From positions 595,573 through 659,572 of the forward strand of contig CALSRE010000001.1 in NCBI GenBank assembly GCA_943788675.1: a stretch of 64,000 bases of DNA, in the 5' to 3' direction. The number at the start of each line of letters is the position of its first letter. The stretch's first letter is position 1. The notes beneath the pieces were generated by a model. It worked only from the letters and a program-made list of their open reading frames with translations. It did no database searches and was not told the origin of the DNA. Position numbers and translations under genes: made by a program. The DNA is from an uncultured bacterium (GTDB taxonomy: Bacteria > Fidelibacterota > Marinisomatia > Marinisomatales > Marinisomataceae). Shown here piece after piece: positions 19,111-30,047 of this stretch.

Positions 19111-20457
19111 ATGGCAAATATAAAGAAAAATGAAAGTTTAAATTTACAACCGCAAGCCCTTGAAGCTGAAGAAGCTGTTCTAGGATCAATGATGATAGAT
19201 GAAGATGCTGCTAATAAAGCAATTAGCATTTTAGGATCAAGTCATTATTTTTATAAAGACTCGCACAGAAAAATCTTTGATGCTATGCTAGAACTAATGA
19301 ATAATAGCAATCCTATAGATACTGTTTCAGTTTCAGATGAACTTAAGAAAGTTAAAAGTTTGAAATCAGTAGGTGGCATTTATTATTTGACCGGACTCGT
19401 TGATAAGGTTCCAACATCAGCTAGGGTTGAAACGTATGCTGAAATTGTTAAAGAAAAAGGAATGTTAAGAGATTTAATAACCACTTCACATGAAATTTCA
19501 AAAAAAGCGTTAGATGCAGGAGACTCTGTTGGTTCCATTCTTGATGATGCAGAACAATCAATTTTTAATTTAACAGAACAAAAAGATTCAAAAATTTATC
19601 AACATATTGAACCTATTTTATCTAGCACTGTCAAAAGAATAGAAGAGATAGCAGCTAATCCCGGATCAACTATTGGTGTACCTTCTGGTATTATTGATTT
19701 GGATAAATTAACAGCCGGTTTTCAAAAAGGTGATTTAATAATCATAGCTGGAAGACCGTCAATGGGTAAAACAGCGTTGGCTTTAACAGTTGCCAGAAAT
19801 GCTGCAATCGAAAGTAAGTCTCCCACAGCTATTTTTAGTCTTGAAATGTCTAGTGATCAGCTTGGACAAAGATTGTTAACCTCAGAAGCTAGAGTAGATA
19901 ATTCACATGTTAGGAGAGGTAGTTTACCTTCAGGAAAATGGAAAAATATTAATATAGCTTCCGGTAAACTTGCTCAAGCTCCCTTGTATATTGATGACAC
20001 TCCTGCTTTATCAATTTTAGATTTACGCTCTAGAGCAAGAAGGTTAAAAAGAGAAAGAAATATTGAATTAATAATCGTGGACTATCTTCAGTTGATGCAA
20101 GGACCAAAAAATTCTGAGAATAGGCAGAATGAAATTTCTCAAATCACTCAATCTTTAAAAGCCCTTGCTAAAGAACTTAATATTCCAGTTATTGCTTTGT
20201 CTCAGCTTTCTAGAGCTGTTGAACAAAGAACAAAAAAGGAACCAATGTTATCTGATTTGAGAGAGAGTGGTGCAATTGAGCAAGATGCGGATGTTGTTGT
20301 ATTTCTTTATAGACCTTCTGTTTATGATAAAGAAAATCAAGATTTGAAAGGTTTAGCTTATTTAATTGTTGCTAAGCAGAGAAATGGTCCAACCGGAAGA
20401 GTTACGGCCACATTTATTGATACATATGCAAGATTTGACAACTATACTGAATTTTAA
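19111..20457 (+). CDS. dnaB: replicative DNA helicase DnaB
   Basis: 448 aa. N-terminal PQALEAEEAVLGSMM, Walker A AGRPSMGKTA, and the IALSQLSRAVEQR and RESGAIEQDADVV motifs. No intein. Confidence 0.96.
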   Translation: MANIKKNESLNLQPQALEAEEAVLGSMMIDEDAANKAISILGSSHYFYKDSHRKIFDAMLELMNNSNPIDTVSVSDELKKVKSLKSVGGIYYLTGLVDKVPTSARVETYAEIVKEKGMLRDLITTSHEISKKALDAGDSVGSILDDAEQSIFNLTEQKDSKIYQHIEPILSSTVKRIEEIAANPGSTIGVPSGIIDLDKLTAGFQKGDLIIIAGRPSMGKTALALTVARNAAIESKSPTAIFSLEMSSDQLGQRLLTSEARVDNSHVRRGSLPSGKWKNINIASGKLAQAPLYIDDTPALSILDLRSRARRLKRERNIELIIVDYLQLMQGPKNSENRQNEISQITQSLKALAKELNIPVIALSQLSRAVEQRTKKEPMLSDLRESGAIEQDADVVVFLYRPSVYDKENQDLKGLAYLIVAKQRNGPTGRVTATFIDTYARFDNYTEF

Positions 20458-20460
20458 TTT

Positions 20461-22626
20461 ATGAATGATAATGTTGTTAAAGATAAAGAATCTGATGTAA
20501 TAGCTGATAAAAGCAATTTTTTACTAGATAGAATTTCATCTACAGAAGATAGAAAACAGCTAGAGAAAGCTCTAAAATTTTCAGTCAAAATGCATCATGG
20601 TCAAGTCAGAAAATCGGGACTTCCTTTTGTCAGTCATTGTATTGATGTTGCTAATAAGTTATTAGACTGGAAAATGGATCAAACAACAATTATTAGTGCG
20701 CTCTTGCATGACGTTGTTGAAGATACTGATGTAACTCTAAAAGATATTGAGAAAGAATTTGGCTCCGAGGTTGCTATGCTTGTTGACGGTGTTACCAAAG
20801 TAGAAAATATTGCTTTTCGATCTATCGAGCATAAGCAGGCAGAAAATTTTACCAAATTATTTTTATCTTTAGCAAATGATCTGAGAGTAATTATCATAAA
20901 ATTTGCTGATAGGCTAAATAATATGGAGACTATTCAGTTTTTATCTTCAAAGAAAAGAAAAGAAATTGCTCTTGAAACCAAAGAAATTTTTGTTCCTTTA
21001 GCTCATAGGCTTGGAATGGCAAAGGTGAAGTGGGAATTAGAAGATTTATCTCTTAAATGTTTAGATCTTAGGTCTTACAATACCATTAAAAAGAAGATTG
21101 AAACTTCAGCTAAATTAAATGAAGATATATTATCTAATACAATAACGCCAATTAAGTCAGAATTAGATTCATATAAGATTCAATCAAATATTTTTGGAAG
21201 ATATAAATCAATCTCATCAATTCATAGAAAGATTAATAAAAGAGATAAAAAATTTGAAGAAATATATGATTTATACGCTATAAGAATTGTTGTTGATAAA
21301 ATTGAGGAATGTTACTTAGCATTAGGAGTGATTCACAATATTTATCCACCCATTCAAGATAGATTTAAAGATTTTATTGCAACACCAAAAACAAATGGAT
21401 ATCAATCTATTCATACTACTGTATTGACAAAAGATAATAGATTAACTGAAGTTCAAATTAGAACAAAAGACATGGATTATACAGCAGAAGTAGGCGTTGC
21501 GGCTCATTGGCTTTACAAGGGAGGCAATGAGATAGGCGAATTTGATTCACAGGTATCTTGGTTGAGAGATTTGCTTTCAATTCTCAGTAGCGAAAATTCT
21601 GATCCTGAAGAACTAATAGATTTATTAAAAATTGATATGTTTGAGGATGAAATATTTGTTTTTACGCCTAGGGGTGATTTAATAAAGCTTCCAGTTGATT
21701 CTACGCCTCTTGATTTTGCGTTTGCAATTCATGGTGGTTTAGGGTTTACAACTGTTAGATCTAAAGTGAATAAAAAGCTAGTACCGCTAAGTTATAATCT
21801 TAAAAGTGGTGATATTGTCGAGATTGAGACAAGCAAGAATCAGACCCCTAATAGCGGTTGGTTAAAATTTGTAAAAACTTCAAGAGCTAAGCATGAAATT
21901 TCAAAATATTTAAGAAAAGTTGAACTTGAGGAGAGTCTTAAAATTGGTAGTGAATTAATTGAAAAAAATCTGAGAAAATTAAAAATTTTTGATAGAGTTT
22001 CAGAATTTAAGAAAAACTTTTCTATGGCTGGTTATAAAACGATAGATAGTATGATATCAGATATTGGAAGAGGAGGTTCTACTATTAAAGACCTTCTCCC
22101 TAAAATATTTCCAGATTTAAAAAGCAACAAAAATAAAGATATTGAAGATATAGAGTTTGTTGAATCAGCAAGATCTGATTTTGACGGAATTAATTTAGAC
22201 GGTGTTAAGAATTTAGTTGTTGATTATGGTAAGTGCTGCAATCCTATCCCAGGAGATGAAGTCGTTGGATATATATCCAGAGGAAGAGGGTTAATCGTCC
22301 ATATGCACTCTTGTTCAAATCTATCATCATTATCATCAAAAGAAGACAGACTTGTTTCGGTGAATTGGAATACTAAGCAAAACCTATCTTTTAGGTCAAA
22401 AATTCATATAACATGTAATGATACTGCCGGAATGTTAAATGATATTGCTGATGTGATATCAAAAAATAAGGTTAATATTCTTGATGTCTCAACAGATGTG
22501 ACTGAGGGAGGAATGGCAAATATTTGGATAATATGTAAGGTTGAGAGTAGACAAAAACTTGACTTAGTTATAAAAGCGATTCAAAAGATAAGGCATATTG
22601 ATTCTGTTGAGAGAGTTCATGAATAG
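20461..22626 (+). CDS. rel: bifunctional (p)ppGpp synthetase/hydrolase (RelA/SpoT homologue)
   Basis: 721 aa with an HD hydrolase domain (HDVVEDT), a RelA/SpoT synthetase domain (YQSIHTTV, EVQIRT), a TGS domain and a C-terminal ACT-like domain. Confidence 0.93.
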   Translation: MNDNVVKDKESDVIADKSNFLLDRISSTEDRKQLEKALKFSVKMHHGQVRKSGLPFVSHCIDVANKLLDWKMDQTTIISALLHDVVEDTDVTLKDIEKEFGSEVAMLVDGVTKVENIAFRSIEHKQAENFTKLFLSLANDLRVIIIKFADRLNNMETIQFLSSKKRKEIALETKEIFVPLAHRLGMAKVKWELEDLSLKCLDLRSYNTIKKKIETSAKLNEDILSNTITPIKSELDSYKIQSNIFGRYKSISSIHRKINKRDKKFEEIYDLYAIRIVVDKIEECYLALGVIHNIYPPIQDRFKDFIATPKTNGYQSIHTTVLTKDNRLTEVQIRTKDMDYTAEVGVAAHWLYKGGNEIGEFDSQVSWLRDLLSILSSENSDPEELIDLLKIDMFEDEIFVFTPRGDLIKLPVDSTPLDFAFAIHGGLGFTTVRSKVNKKLVPLSYNLKSGDIVEIETSKNQTPNSGWLKFVKTSRAKHEISKYLRKVELEESLKIGSELIEKNLRKLKIFDRVSEFKKNFSMAGYKTIDSMISDIGRGGSTIKDLLPKIFPDLKSNKNKDIEDIEFVESARSDFDGINLDGVKNLVVDYGKCCNPIPGDEVVGYISRGRGLIVHMHSCSNLSSLSSKEDRLVSVNWNTKQNLSFRSKIHITCNDTAGMLNDIADVISKNKVNILDVSTDVTEGGMANIWIICKVESRQKLDLVIKAIQKIRHIDSVERVHE

Positions 22627-23032
22627 ATTTATTGGAATAGATTTTGGTATGTCTAAAGTAGGTTTAGCAATCTCAGATCCATCTAAAATTATATCTATGC
22701 CATTAAAAGTTTTAAGATATAAAAATCCTAAAAATCTTATTAAAGATTTACTAGTTATTGCAACAGAAAATAATGTAGACACTTTTGTAGTTGGCTATCC
22801 TTTAAATATGAATAATGAAAAAAATGAAATGACCTCACTAGTTGATAATTTTAAAGATGAATTGATCGACCTAGGTTTTAAAGTTTTTTTGCAGGACGAA
22901 AGGCTTTCAAGTGAATCTGCTAAAAAAATTATGCACGAGCAAAATATTAAAACTGGAAATAATAAAGAAAAAATTGACTTGATTGCTTCAACAATAATAC
23001 TGCAATCATTTTTAGATAAAGGTTTATGGTGA
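22619..23032 (+). CDS. ruvX: Holliday junction resolvase-like protein RuvX/YqgF
   Basis: MNRFIGIDFGMSKVGLA and DERLSS motifs. The ATG at 22619 overlaps the rel stop. The track start at 22598 is less likely. Confidence 0.88.
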   Translation: MNRFIGIDFGMSKVGLAISDPSKIISMPLKVLRYKNPKNLIKDLLVIATENNVDTFVVGYPLNMNNEKNEMTSLVDNFKDELIDLGFKVFLQDERLSSESAKKIMHEQNIKTGNNKEKIDLIASTIILQSFLDKGLW

Positions 23033-24417
23033 TAAGCAAAAAAAATTTGGTTATTTCTACTCTAAGTGGTTTGTTATTAGGACTGTCATTTCCCCCATTT
23101 AATCTCGGATTTTTTGCATGGATTTTCTTGATACCACTCATTCATATATATTATTCAGAAGCATGTTTTAAGGAAAAGATTCTTTCATTTTATACTGCCT
23201 CATTCGTTAGCCACGCGATAATTACTCACTGGGTAGCATTGAACTCTGGAACCTCAATGCAAGTTGCAATATTTTCTTATCTTGCATTATGTTTTTTTTA
23301 TTCTTTTTATTGGGTTCTTTATCTTATTCTTGTTCACATATCAATAAAAAATATTTTTTTTGATAGAGCTAAATTTTTAATATGGCCAATTATGTGGATT
23401 GCTATTGAGGCCACAAGAGCAATAGGTCCATTAGCTGGTTCATGGTTAAATATTTCTTTATCCCAATCAAATTATGATAGAATAATCCAATTAATTAGTG
23501 TAAACGAGCATCTTTTAGCATTTATAATAATTATTTTAAACTTGTTTATATATAATTTTATCGCTTTCAAAAGAAAAAAGTTCTTAGTTTACTTTGCAGT
23601 AACTTTTATTAGCTCATTAATCATAGGCGAGTCATTAATTTTTAAATACAATAATTCAGTTTTTAGTAAAGATATTAGTATCTCAATTGGTCAACCTGTT
23701 ATTTATCCAGATGAAAAATGGAATCCAATACTTCAGGATAGAAATAAAAAAATTATGAATGATTTGCTTGAAGAGTCCTTATCAACTAACCCTGATATTA
23801 TAGTCTGGCCAGAAGCTGCTCTAACATCTTTTCTTGCTAATCCAGGCTCTGTAGAAAGAAAAAAAATTCAAGGAAAGCTAGGTAAATCATCATTGATAAC
23901 TGGAATTCCTCAAAGAATTTATGATGATAATGAATTAAAAATTTATAACAGTGCTATCTTCATGACAAGTGATGGTTTTTATGATACCTATCAGAAAATC
24001 TTTTTAGTTCCATTTGCAGAGTACGTACCTTTTTTCAAAAAATGGTTATCCAAAATTAATCAATTTGATGATATGGGTAGTTTTACTGCTGGAGAAAATT
24101 ACAAAACTTTTAAGATTAACGATGTAACTGCATCTATATTGATTTGTTATGATTCAAGTAGTTATGCTCTAGCAGAAAAAATGGTAAAAAATGGCGCAGA
24201 AATAATCTTTGTAATAACAAATGACTCATTTGTTGGAAAAGCAATGCCTCATCAACATTTTCAACATGCTAAATTAAGAGCTATTGAGCTGGGGGTGCCT
24301 GTTGTTCAAAGTGCAAATAATGGTATTTCAGGAATCATTCTTCCTTCCGGAGAAGTTTTAATAAAATCTATTATTGATGAAAGAAAAACTTTCAACTCGT
24401 CAGTTAAGCTAAAATGA
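23026..24417 (+). CDS. lnt: apolipoprotein N-acyltransferase
   Basis: 463 aa with an N-terminal multi-TM region and a C-terminal CN-hydrolase domain (WPEAA, catalytic Cys context ILICYDS). Confidence 0.85.
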   Translation: MVISKKNLVISTLSGLLLGLSFPPFNLGFFAWIFLIPLIHIYYSEACFKEKILSFYTASFVSHAIITHWVALNSGTSMQVAIFSYLALCFFYSFYWVLYLILVHISIKNIFFDRAKFLIWPIMWIAIEATRAIGPLAGSWLNISLSQSNYDRIIQLISVNEHLLAFIIIILNLFIYNFIAFKRKKFLVYFAVTFISSLIIGESLIFKYNNSVFSKDISISIGQPVIYPDEKWNPILQDRNKKIMNDLLEESLSTNPDIIVWPEAALTSFLANPGSVERKKIQGKLGKSSLITGIPQRIYDDNELKIYNSAIFMTSDGFYDTYQKIFLVPFAEYVPFFKKWLSKINQFDDMGSFTAGENYKTFKINDVTASILICYDSSSYALAEKMVKNGAEIIFVITNDSFVGKAMPHQHFQHAKLRAIELGVPVVQSANNGISGIILPSGEVLIKSIIDERKTFNSSVKLK

Positions 24418-25151
24418 ATCGATACAAAATTAAAATTCAATATGATGGCAGTAATTTTTCTGGATTCCAATCTCAAAAAGATAATTCAGGAATACAAAAT
24501 AAAATTGAATCATCAATTATAATGTTAAATAATAAAAATTCTGTGAAATTATATGGTGCAAGCAGAACTGATTCTGGAGTACACGCTCTAGGGCAAGTTG
24601 CACATTTTGATTTAAATACAAATTTATCTGAAAATGATCTAAAAAAAGCAATTAATGCAAGGCTCGAAAAAGAAATTAGAATTTCAGATGTTAGCATAGT
24701 TGATAAAGATTTTCATAGTAGATTTAATGCTAAGAGTAAGGAGTATAATTATTACTGTACATTAGATAAAAATCCTTTGGATATTCGAAATCATTATTAT
24801 GTAAAAAATGTAAATACTGAAATTTTAAATAATATCTCACAATTAATAATTGGAGAACATGATTTTTTATCTTTTTCAAAATTTTCTAATAAAGAAAATA
24901 ATAGATGTTTAATATTGAAATCAGAATGGATTTTAGATAAAAGTAATCAAAAATTATTATATATTATTCGTGGTAATAGATTTTTACATCACATGGTAAG
25001 ATATTTAGTAGGAACTATGATAGCTACAGCGCAAAATAAAATAAATAAAAAAGAATTTGAAAGATTACTTATTGAACCTAAAAAAGATGCAAAAATTTAC
25101 AAATCTCCGGCAAAAGGTTTAATTTTAAAGGAAATTTTTTATGAAGATTAG
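24414..25151 (+). CDS. truA: tRNA pseudouridine(38-40) synthase TruA
   Basis: 245 aa with YDGSNFSGFQSQ, catalytic GASRTDSGVHALGQV, and FLHHMVRYLVG. Confidence 0.93.
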   Translation: MNRYKIKIQYDGSNFSGFQSQKDNSGIQNKIESSIIMLNNKNSVKLYGASRTDSGVHALGQVAHFDLNTNLSENDLKKAINARLEKEIRISDVSIVDKDFHSRFNAKSKEYNYYCTLDKNPLDIRNHYYVKNVNTEILNNISQLIIGEHDFLSFSKFSNKENNRCLILKSEWILDKSNQKLLYIIRGNRFLHHMVRYLVGTMIATAQNKINKKEFERLLIEPKKDAKIYKSPAKGLILKEIFYED

Positions 25152-26256
25152 AATTTTAGTTTTATGTATTATTTTATGTATTGGTTGCGATAATGGAGCT
25201 ATTGATCAACCGCAAATTCAACTTTCAAAAGAAACTGTCATATCTAAAGCCGTTCAAAAAGCTAGTCCTGGAGTTGTTGGAATTTATAGAAATCAAGAAA
25301 TTGTGTTAAAAACTTGGAGAGGGTATAGAAATCTAAAACCAATTTCTTCAAATGGTTCTGGTTTTATAATTAGTGATGATGGATATATTTTAACAAATGC
25401 TCATAATATCAGAAAAGATTTTAAACGAGATGATTTTCGACCTGAAGTTATCACAACAGATCTTACAATTACAGTAGTTATTCCAGGCGGAGAATCATTT
25501 AATGCATCAATAGTTGGAATAGATACAGTTACAGATATTGCTCTTCTAAAAATTGAAGGTCAAAATTTTGAATCATGTAAACTTGGAGACTCAGATGATA
25601 TTAAAGTTGGTCAATGGGCTATTGCTTTAGGAAATCCCGAAAATTTAATTCAAAATGCACAATACCAGCCTATTGCATCAGCTGGAATAATCAGCGCTGT
25701 TAACGCAGATTTTAATATTGATTCAAGTTCAGGAAGGCTTTTAGATAATTCGGGTAAAATCTTAGGAGATGTTAAGCTTTTAGATAATATGATTCAAACT
25801 GATGCTTCTTTAAATCCTGGGAATAGCGGTGGCCCTTTGTTAGATGCAAATGGCGAAGTAATTGGAATGAATACTTTTATAAAAGCTGATTCTGAAAATC
25901 TTGGATTTGCCATTCCGATAAATTTTGTTAGAAAAATTGCTAATGAATTAAGATTGAAAGGCGCTATTGATAGAAGGATTTCTTTTGGTGTAAATGCCAC
26001 TACTTATCTGTATGGAAAAAATACAGATCAAGTTGGCTTATTTATAGATGGCGTAGACTATGAAGACACTGCAAGAAACGAAGAGTTGTTTAAAGGAGAT
26101 ATAATTGTGGCTATTGAAGGATATAAGGTTGAATCTTTTGAACAAATTAAGTCAGTATTGATTAAATTTGATTTAAGAGCAGGTGATGAAGTTAAAATCA
26201 CAGTATTAAGAGAAAACGATTTTAAGGTAGTAAGCTTAACATTAGGATCAATATGA
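25141..26256 (+). CDS. trypsin-like serine protease with a C-terminal PDZ domain (HtrA/DegP family), probable lipoprotein
   Basis: Catalytic triad contexts TNAHNI, DIALLKI and GNSGGPLLD. The N-terminal signal has a CIGC lipobox-like motif, and the tail is PDZ-like. Confidence 0.82.
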   Translation: MKIRILVLCIILCIGCDNGAIDQPQIQLSKETVISKAVQKASPGVVGIYRNQEIVLKTWRGYRNLKPISSNGSGFIISDDGYILTNAHNIRKDFKRDDFRPEVITTDLTITVVIPGGESFNASIVGIDTVTDIALLKIEGQNFESCKLGDSDDIKVGQWAIALGNPENLIQNAQYQPIASAGIISAVNADFNIDSSSGRLLDNSGKILGDVKLLDNMIQTDASLNPGNSGGPLLDANGEVIGMNTFIKADSENLGFAIPINFVRKIANELRLKGAIDRRISFGVNATTYLYGKNTDQVGLFIDGVDYEDTARNEELFKGDIIVAIEGYKVESFEQIKSVLIKFDLRAGDEVKITVLRENDFKVVSLTLGSI

Positions 26257-26531
26257 AAGCTAGAAGCATTAAACTAATTATTTTTGGATTATGCGCAGGA
26301 GCATTAATGGGAACTATCATTGGAAATATGTTAGCTTTTATTCTTCCTGACGGAAGTGCTGTAAAACAATTTTTTTTAATTTCATATGATTTTTCATTTG
26401 GTTCGGTTAATGGGCCGCATTTAATAGATTTAGGAGTAATTGTTTTAGATTTTGGGTTTATTTTAAAATTTAACGTATGTAGTATTATTGGTTTTGGTAT
26501 TGCGTATTATTTATTAAAATACTTTAGATAA
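26253..26531 (+). CDS. small membrane protein (DUF4321-like)
   Basis: 92 aa with two hydrophobic segments. The ILPDG...FF...DLGVIVLDFGF...N..SIIG pattern resembles my recollection of DUF4321, which is not verified here. Confidence 0.5.
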   Translation: MKARSIKLIIFGLCAGALMGTIIGNMLAFILPDGSAVKQFFLISYDFSFGSVNGPHLIDLGVIVLDFGFILKFNVCSIIGFGIAYYLLKYFR

Positions 26532-26546
26532 CAACAAGAGGTTTAT

Positions 26547-26723
26547 ATGTTCAATTTAGGTACAGGTGAGTTAGTCTTAATTTTTTTAATACTTTTACTT
26601 CTTTTTGGTGGAAAAAGGTTGCCGGGAATTGCTAGAGGTTTTGCAAAATCTTTAAGAGAGTTTAGGGGTGCTTTAGATGACACTAAAGAAGAAATTAAAA
26701 AATCTGAAAAATCTGAAAATTAA
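26547..26723 (+). CDS. tatA: twin-arginine translocase subunit TatA/E
   Basis: 58-aa ORF absent from the track (too short): MFNLGTGELVLIFLILLLLFGGKRLPGIARGFAKSLREFR... It has the canonical TatA TM helix, the FGxxKLP hinge and an amphipathic helix. An AGAGG SD sequence lies upstream. Confidence 0.88.
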   Translation: MFNLGTGELVLIFLILLLLFGGKRLPGIARGFAKSLREFRGALDDTKEEIKKSEKSEN

Positions 26724-26728
26724 ATTAG

Positions 26729-28090
26729 ATGGATTCGTCTACTTCTTTTAGTCAGAAGCTATCAATTGAAAAAGAAAAGATTTCAAACAGTAAAACAAAC
26801 GCTGTAATAAGAACTCGGTTTGATAAGGCGGTTAATGAAATAAATCAAGGTGGTCTTTTAAAAGGTAAAACATTTCTAGTTAAAGACAATATTGCAATAA
26901 AAAATGAACCTCTTTCGTGCGCTTCAAATATTTTAAAATCATATATTTCTCCATTCAATGCAACAGCAATTGAAAGAATTCAAAATGAAGGAGGATTAAT
27001 AACAGGCCAAACCAATTGTGACGAATTTGCAATGGGATCTTCTTCTGAGTATTCTATTTATGGTTCCGTGAAAAATCCTCATAATTTAGATTTGGTTGCA
27101 GGCGGTTCAAGTGGTGGGTCAGCTGCAGCAATAGCTGAAAATTTAGCAGATATAGCTCTTGGATCAGATACTGGTGGCTCAATTAGACAACCCGCTGCTT
27201 TTTGTGGTATTTATGGATTAAAGCCAACTTATGGGAGGATATCTAGATATGGATTGGTTGCGCATGCATCTTCTTTCGATACAATAGGTATAATGTCAAA
27301 AGAAATTGATGATATTCGAAAAACTTTGAGTATTATTTCTGGAAAAGATAGAAAGGATGCTACGAGCGTTAATAATAAAGTTGATGTTTATAAATCTTTC
27401 AAAACTGTTCCTTTTCCATCATCAGTAGGTGTTATAAAAGAAGAAATACTTAATGAATTAAATTCAGAAATAGCTGACAGATATCGATATCTTGTTACTT
27501 ATCTTAAAAGTAAGAATGTTGCAATTAAAGAAATTGATTTACCTTTTTTTAAATACAGTATTCCTACTTATTATGTTTTGACTATGGCTGAAGCATCTTC
27601 CAATCTTTCCAGATTTGATGGCGTTAGGTATGGAAATAGAGCTGATAGCGCTGACTTGTCTGAGTTATATTTAAAAAGTAGAACTGAAGGTTTTTCGGAT
27701 GAGGTAAAGAGAAGAATTATGACTGGTACTTATGTTTTATCTTCAGGTTACTATGATGCATATTTTTCTAAAGCATTAAAAGTTAGAAGATTAATCAAAG
27801 ATGGATATAGTAGCTTGTTAAGCGGTTGTGACAATCTATTGATACCATCTACACCAGATTTACCTTTTAAGCTTAATTATAGGCTAAATAATCCAATAAA
27901 AATGTATTTGGCTGACATGTTTACAGTTCCAATGAATTTAGCTGGTATACCTTCTTTAAATATTCCTGCTGGATTTTCTTCTAAAAAATTACCAATAGGT
28001 TTTCAAATAGTTGGAAATTCTTTTAAAGAAGAAACTTTATTTAGTTTTGCGCATATATTAGAAAAAGAGGAAATTTTTGATAAGATTTAA
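26729..28090 (+). CDS. gatA: Asp/Glu-tRNA amidotransferase subunit A
   Basis: 453 aa with amidase signature GGSSGGSAAAIA and DTGGSIRQPAAFCGIYGLKPTYGRISRYGL, typical of GatA. Confidence 0.88.
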   Translation: MDSSTSFSQKLSIEKEKISNSKTNAVIRTRFDKAVNEINQGGLLKGKTFLVKDNIAIKNEPLSCASNILKSYISPFNATAIERIQNEGGLITGQTNCDEFAMGSSSEYSIYGSVKNPHNLDLVAGGSSGGSAAAIAENLADIALGSDTGGSIRQPAAFCGIYGLKPTYGRISRYGLVAHASSFDTIGIMSKEIDDIRKTLSIISGKDRKDATSVNNKVDVYKSFKTVPFPSSVGVIKEEILNELNSEIADRYRYLVTYLKSKNVAIKEIDLPFFKYSIPTYYVLTMAEASSNLSRFDGVRYGNRADSADLSELYLKSRTEGFSDEVKRRIMTGTYVLSSGYYDAYFSKALKVRRLIKDGYSSLLSGCDNLLIPSTPDLPFKLNYRLNNPIKMYLADMFTVPMNLAGIPSLNIPAGFSSKKLPIGFQIVGNSFKEETLFSFAHILEKEEIFDKI

Positions 28091-29055
28091 TGGAATTTTT
28101 ATACCCAAATTTTTTATATGCCATACCTTTATTTTTTTTGATAACACTATTTAAGAATTTTTTTCTTAAAAAATCATCATCAATACAGGTTTCAAATCAC
28201 AGAAGTCTTAAAAATCATTTTGGATATCAAGGAAAGTTAAAAATATTTATTATAAGATTTCTCTTCATATTGACGATTATTTCATTGATAATTGGTATTT
28301 CTAGGCCGAGAATTTCATCAGTTAGCGAGGATGTAAAAGTTGAGGTGATAGATATAATTTTAGTCCTTGATACAAGCAGTAGCATGTTAGCTGAAGATTT
28401 TAAACCAAATAGGTTGGAGGCTGTAAAAGATGCTGCTAATGAATTTATTGCAAATAGAATAGGTGATAGAATTGGGTTATTAGTTTTTGGTAAAGAAACG
28501 TTTATTCAATGTCCTTTAACAATAGATTATGCAGTTCTGAATAACTTGCTTGCTGAAGTAACCGTTATGGAGCCTAAATATGATGGTACAGCAATAGGTG
28601 TCGCTATAGCAAATGCTGTTAATAGATTAAGAGGAAGTGATTCAGAAAGTAAAGTTATAATTTTATTATCGGATGGTAGTAATAATGCTGGATCTATTGA
28701 TCCTATTTCAGCTGCAAAAATTGCAAAAGAGTATGGAATTAAAGTTTATACAATAGGTGCTGGAACCAAGCAATCAATTACTCAGATTCCAGGTAGAGGT
28801 TTTGTTAGGAATGAAATTGACGAAGAAACTTTAGAAGGTATTGCTCAAGTAACAAATGCTAAATATTTTAGGGCAATAGATAAAAATAGTCTTTCAAGTA
28901 TTTATTCAGAAATTGATAAGCTTGAAAAGTCTGAAATTACGGTTAGTTATTTTTCTAATTATAAAGAAGTCTATATTTGGTTTCTTCTAGCTGGATTTAT
29001 CTTAATCATGATTAGTGAATTTTTTAGAACATTTTATCTAAGGAAAATAATATGA
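28090..29055 (+). CDS. batA: VWA-domain aerotolerance protein BatA
   Basis: 321 aa with N-terminal TM helices, a VWA domain with MIDAS LDTSSSM, and a C-terminal TM. First gene of a batA-E string. Confidence 0.85.
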   Translation: MEFLYPNFLYAIPLFFLITLFKNFFLKKSSSIQVSNHRSLKNHFGYQGKLKIFIIRFLFILTIISLIIGISRPRISSVSEDVKVEVIDIILVLDTSSSMLAEDFKPNRLEAVKDAANEFIANRIGDRIGLLVFGKETFIQCPLTIDYAVLNNLLAEVTVMEPKYDGTAIGVAIANAVNRLRGSDSESKVIILLSDGSNNAGSIDPISAAKIAKEYGIKVYTIGAGTKQSITQIPGRGFVRNEIDEETLEGIAQVTNAKYFRAIDKNSLSSIYSEIDKLEKSEITVSYFSNYKEVYIWFLLAGFILIMISEFFRTFYLRKII

Positions 29056-30047
29056 TTATTGAATACCTTGATATTGCACTTTTATGTTTAAGTATATTTA
29101 TAATTAATTTGATTATTTATTTATTTCGATCAAGATCCTTAAAAGTATTTGATGGTATTAATTTTTCAAAAAATTCAATACATAAATTATTTTATGGAAA
29201 TATATCAATCATTAGAATCAAAACAATTTTAAGATTTTTAGGAATATTGAGTTTAATTGTATCCATTGCAGGTATTAAAGCTGGTGTAACTGTTCAGCCT
29301 ATTGAAAGAAAGGGTGTAGATATAATTTTTTGCATTGATGTTTCATTAAGTATGGATTCCCAAGATGTAAAACCATCAAGAATAGATAAAGTGAAGTTTG
29401 AAATGTCTAAAATTGTAGACAGTCTTGAGGGTGATAGGTTGGGAATAGTAGTGTTTTCAGGTTCTAATTTTTTATATTTACCTTTAACTATGGATTATGA
29501 TGCTTCTAAGCTATTTATTAGAAGTATAGATACCGCAATGATATCATCAAGAGGAACAAATATTCCAAGCGCAATAAAAACTTCTGTTGAAGCCTTTAGC
29601 AGTAAAGATGAGCAACAGAAAGTAATCTTTTTATTTTCTGACGGCGAAGATCATAGCAAAAATTCAATTGAAGTTATTTCTTCTTTAATAAAAGACAAAA
29701 TAGGTTTACACGTTATTGGAGTAGGAACTTCGAAGGGTTCTTTAATACCTGTTAAAAATAAAGAGAACGTTTTTATAGAAGATGATGAAGGAAAATTGGT
29801 ATTGTCAAAAATAAATATAGAATTTTTAAAGAATTTATCATTAATAAATAATGGAAGCCTTTTAAGGATATCGAAAAGCGAACCAGTAAGCGAAAATATA
29901 ATAGATATTATAAAAGCGGGAGAGGACTCGTTGATAAGCTCATTTGAATTTTCAGATTATGATTACAAATATCAATATCCATTAGCAATTTCTTTAATGT
30001 TTTTAATAATATCTTATGTGATTCCATCAGGAAGAAAAATAAAATGA
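29052..30047 (+). CDS. batB: VWA-domain aerotolerance protein BatB
   Basis: 331 aa with N-terminal TM helices, a VWA domain with MIDAS IDVSLSM, and a C-terminal TM. Confidence 0.85.
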   Translation: MIIEYLDIALLCLSIFIINLIIYLFRSRSLKVFDGINFSKNSIHKLFYGNISIIRIKTILRFLGILSLIVSIAGIKAGVTVQPIERKGVDIIFCIDVSLSMDSQDVKPSRIDKVKFEMSKIVDSLEGDRLGIVVFSGSNFLYLPLTMDYDASKLFIRSIDTAMISSRGTNIPSAIKTSVEAFSSKDEQQKVIFLFSDGEDHSKNSIEVISSLIKDKIGLHVIGVGTSKGSLIPVKNKENVFIEDDEGKLVLSKINIEFLKNLSLINNGSLLRISKSEPVSENIIDIIKAGEDSLISSFEFSDYDYKYQYPLAISLMFLIISYVIPSGRKIK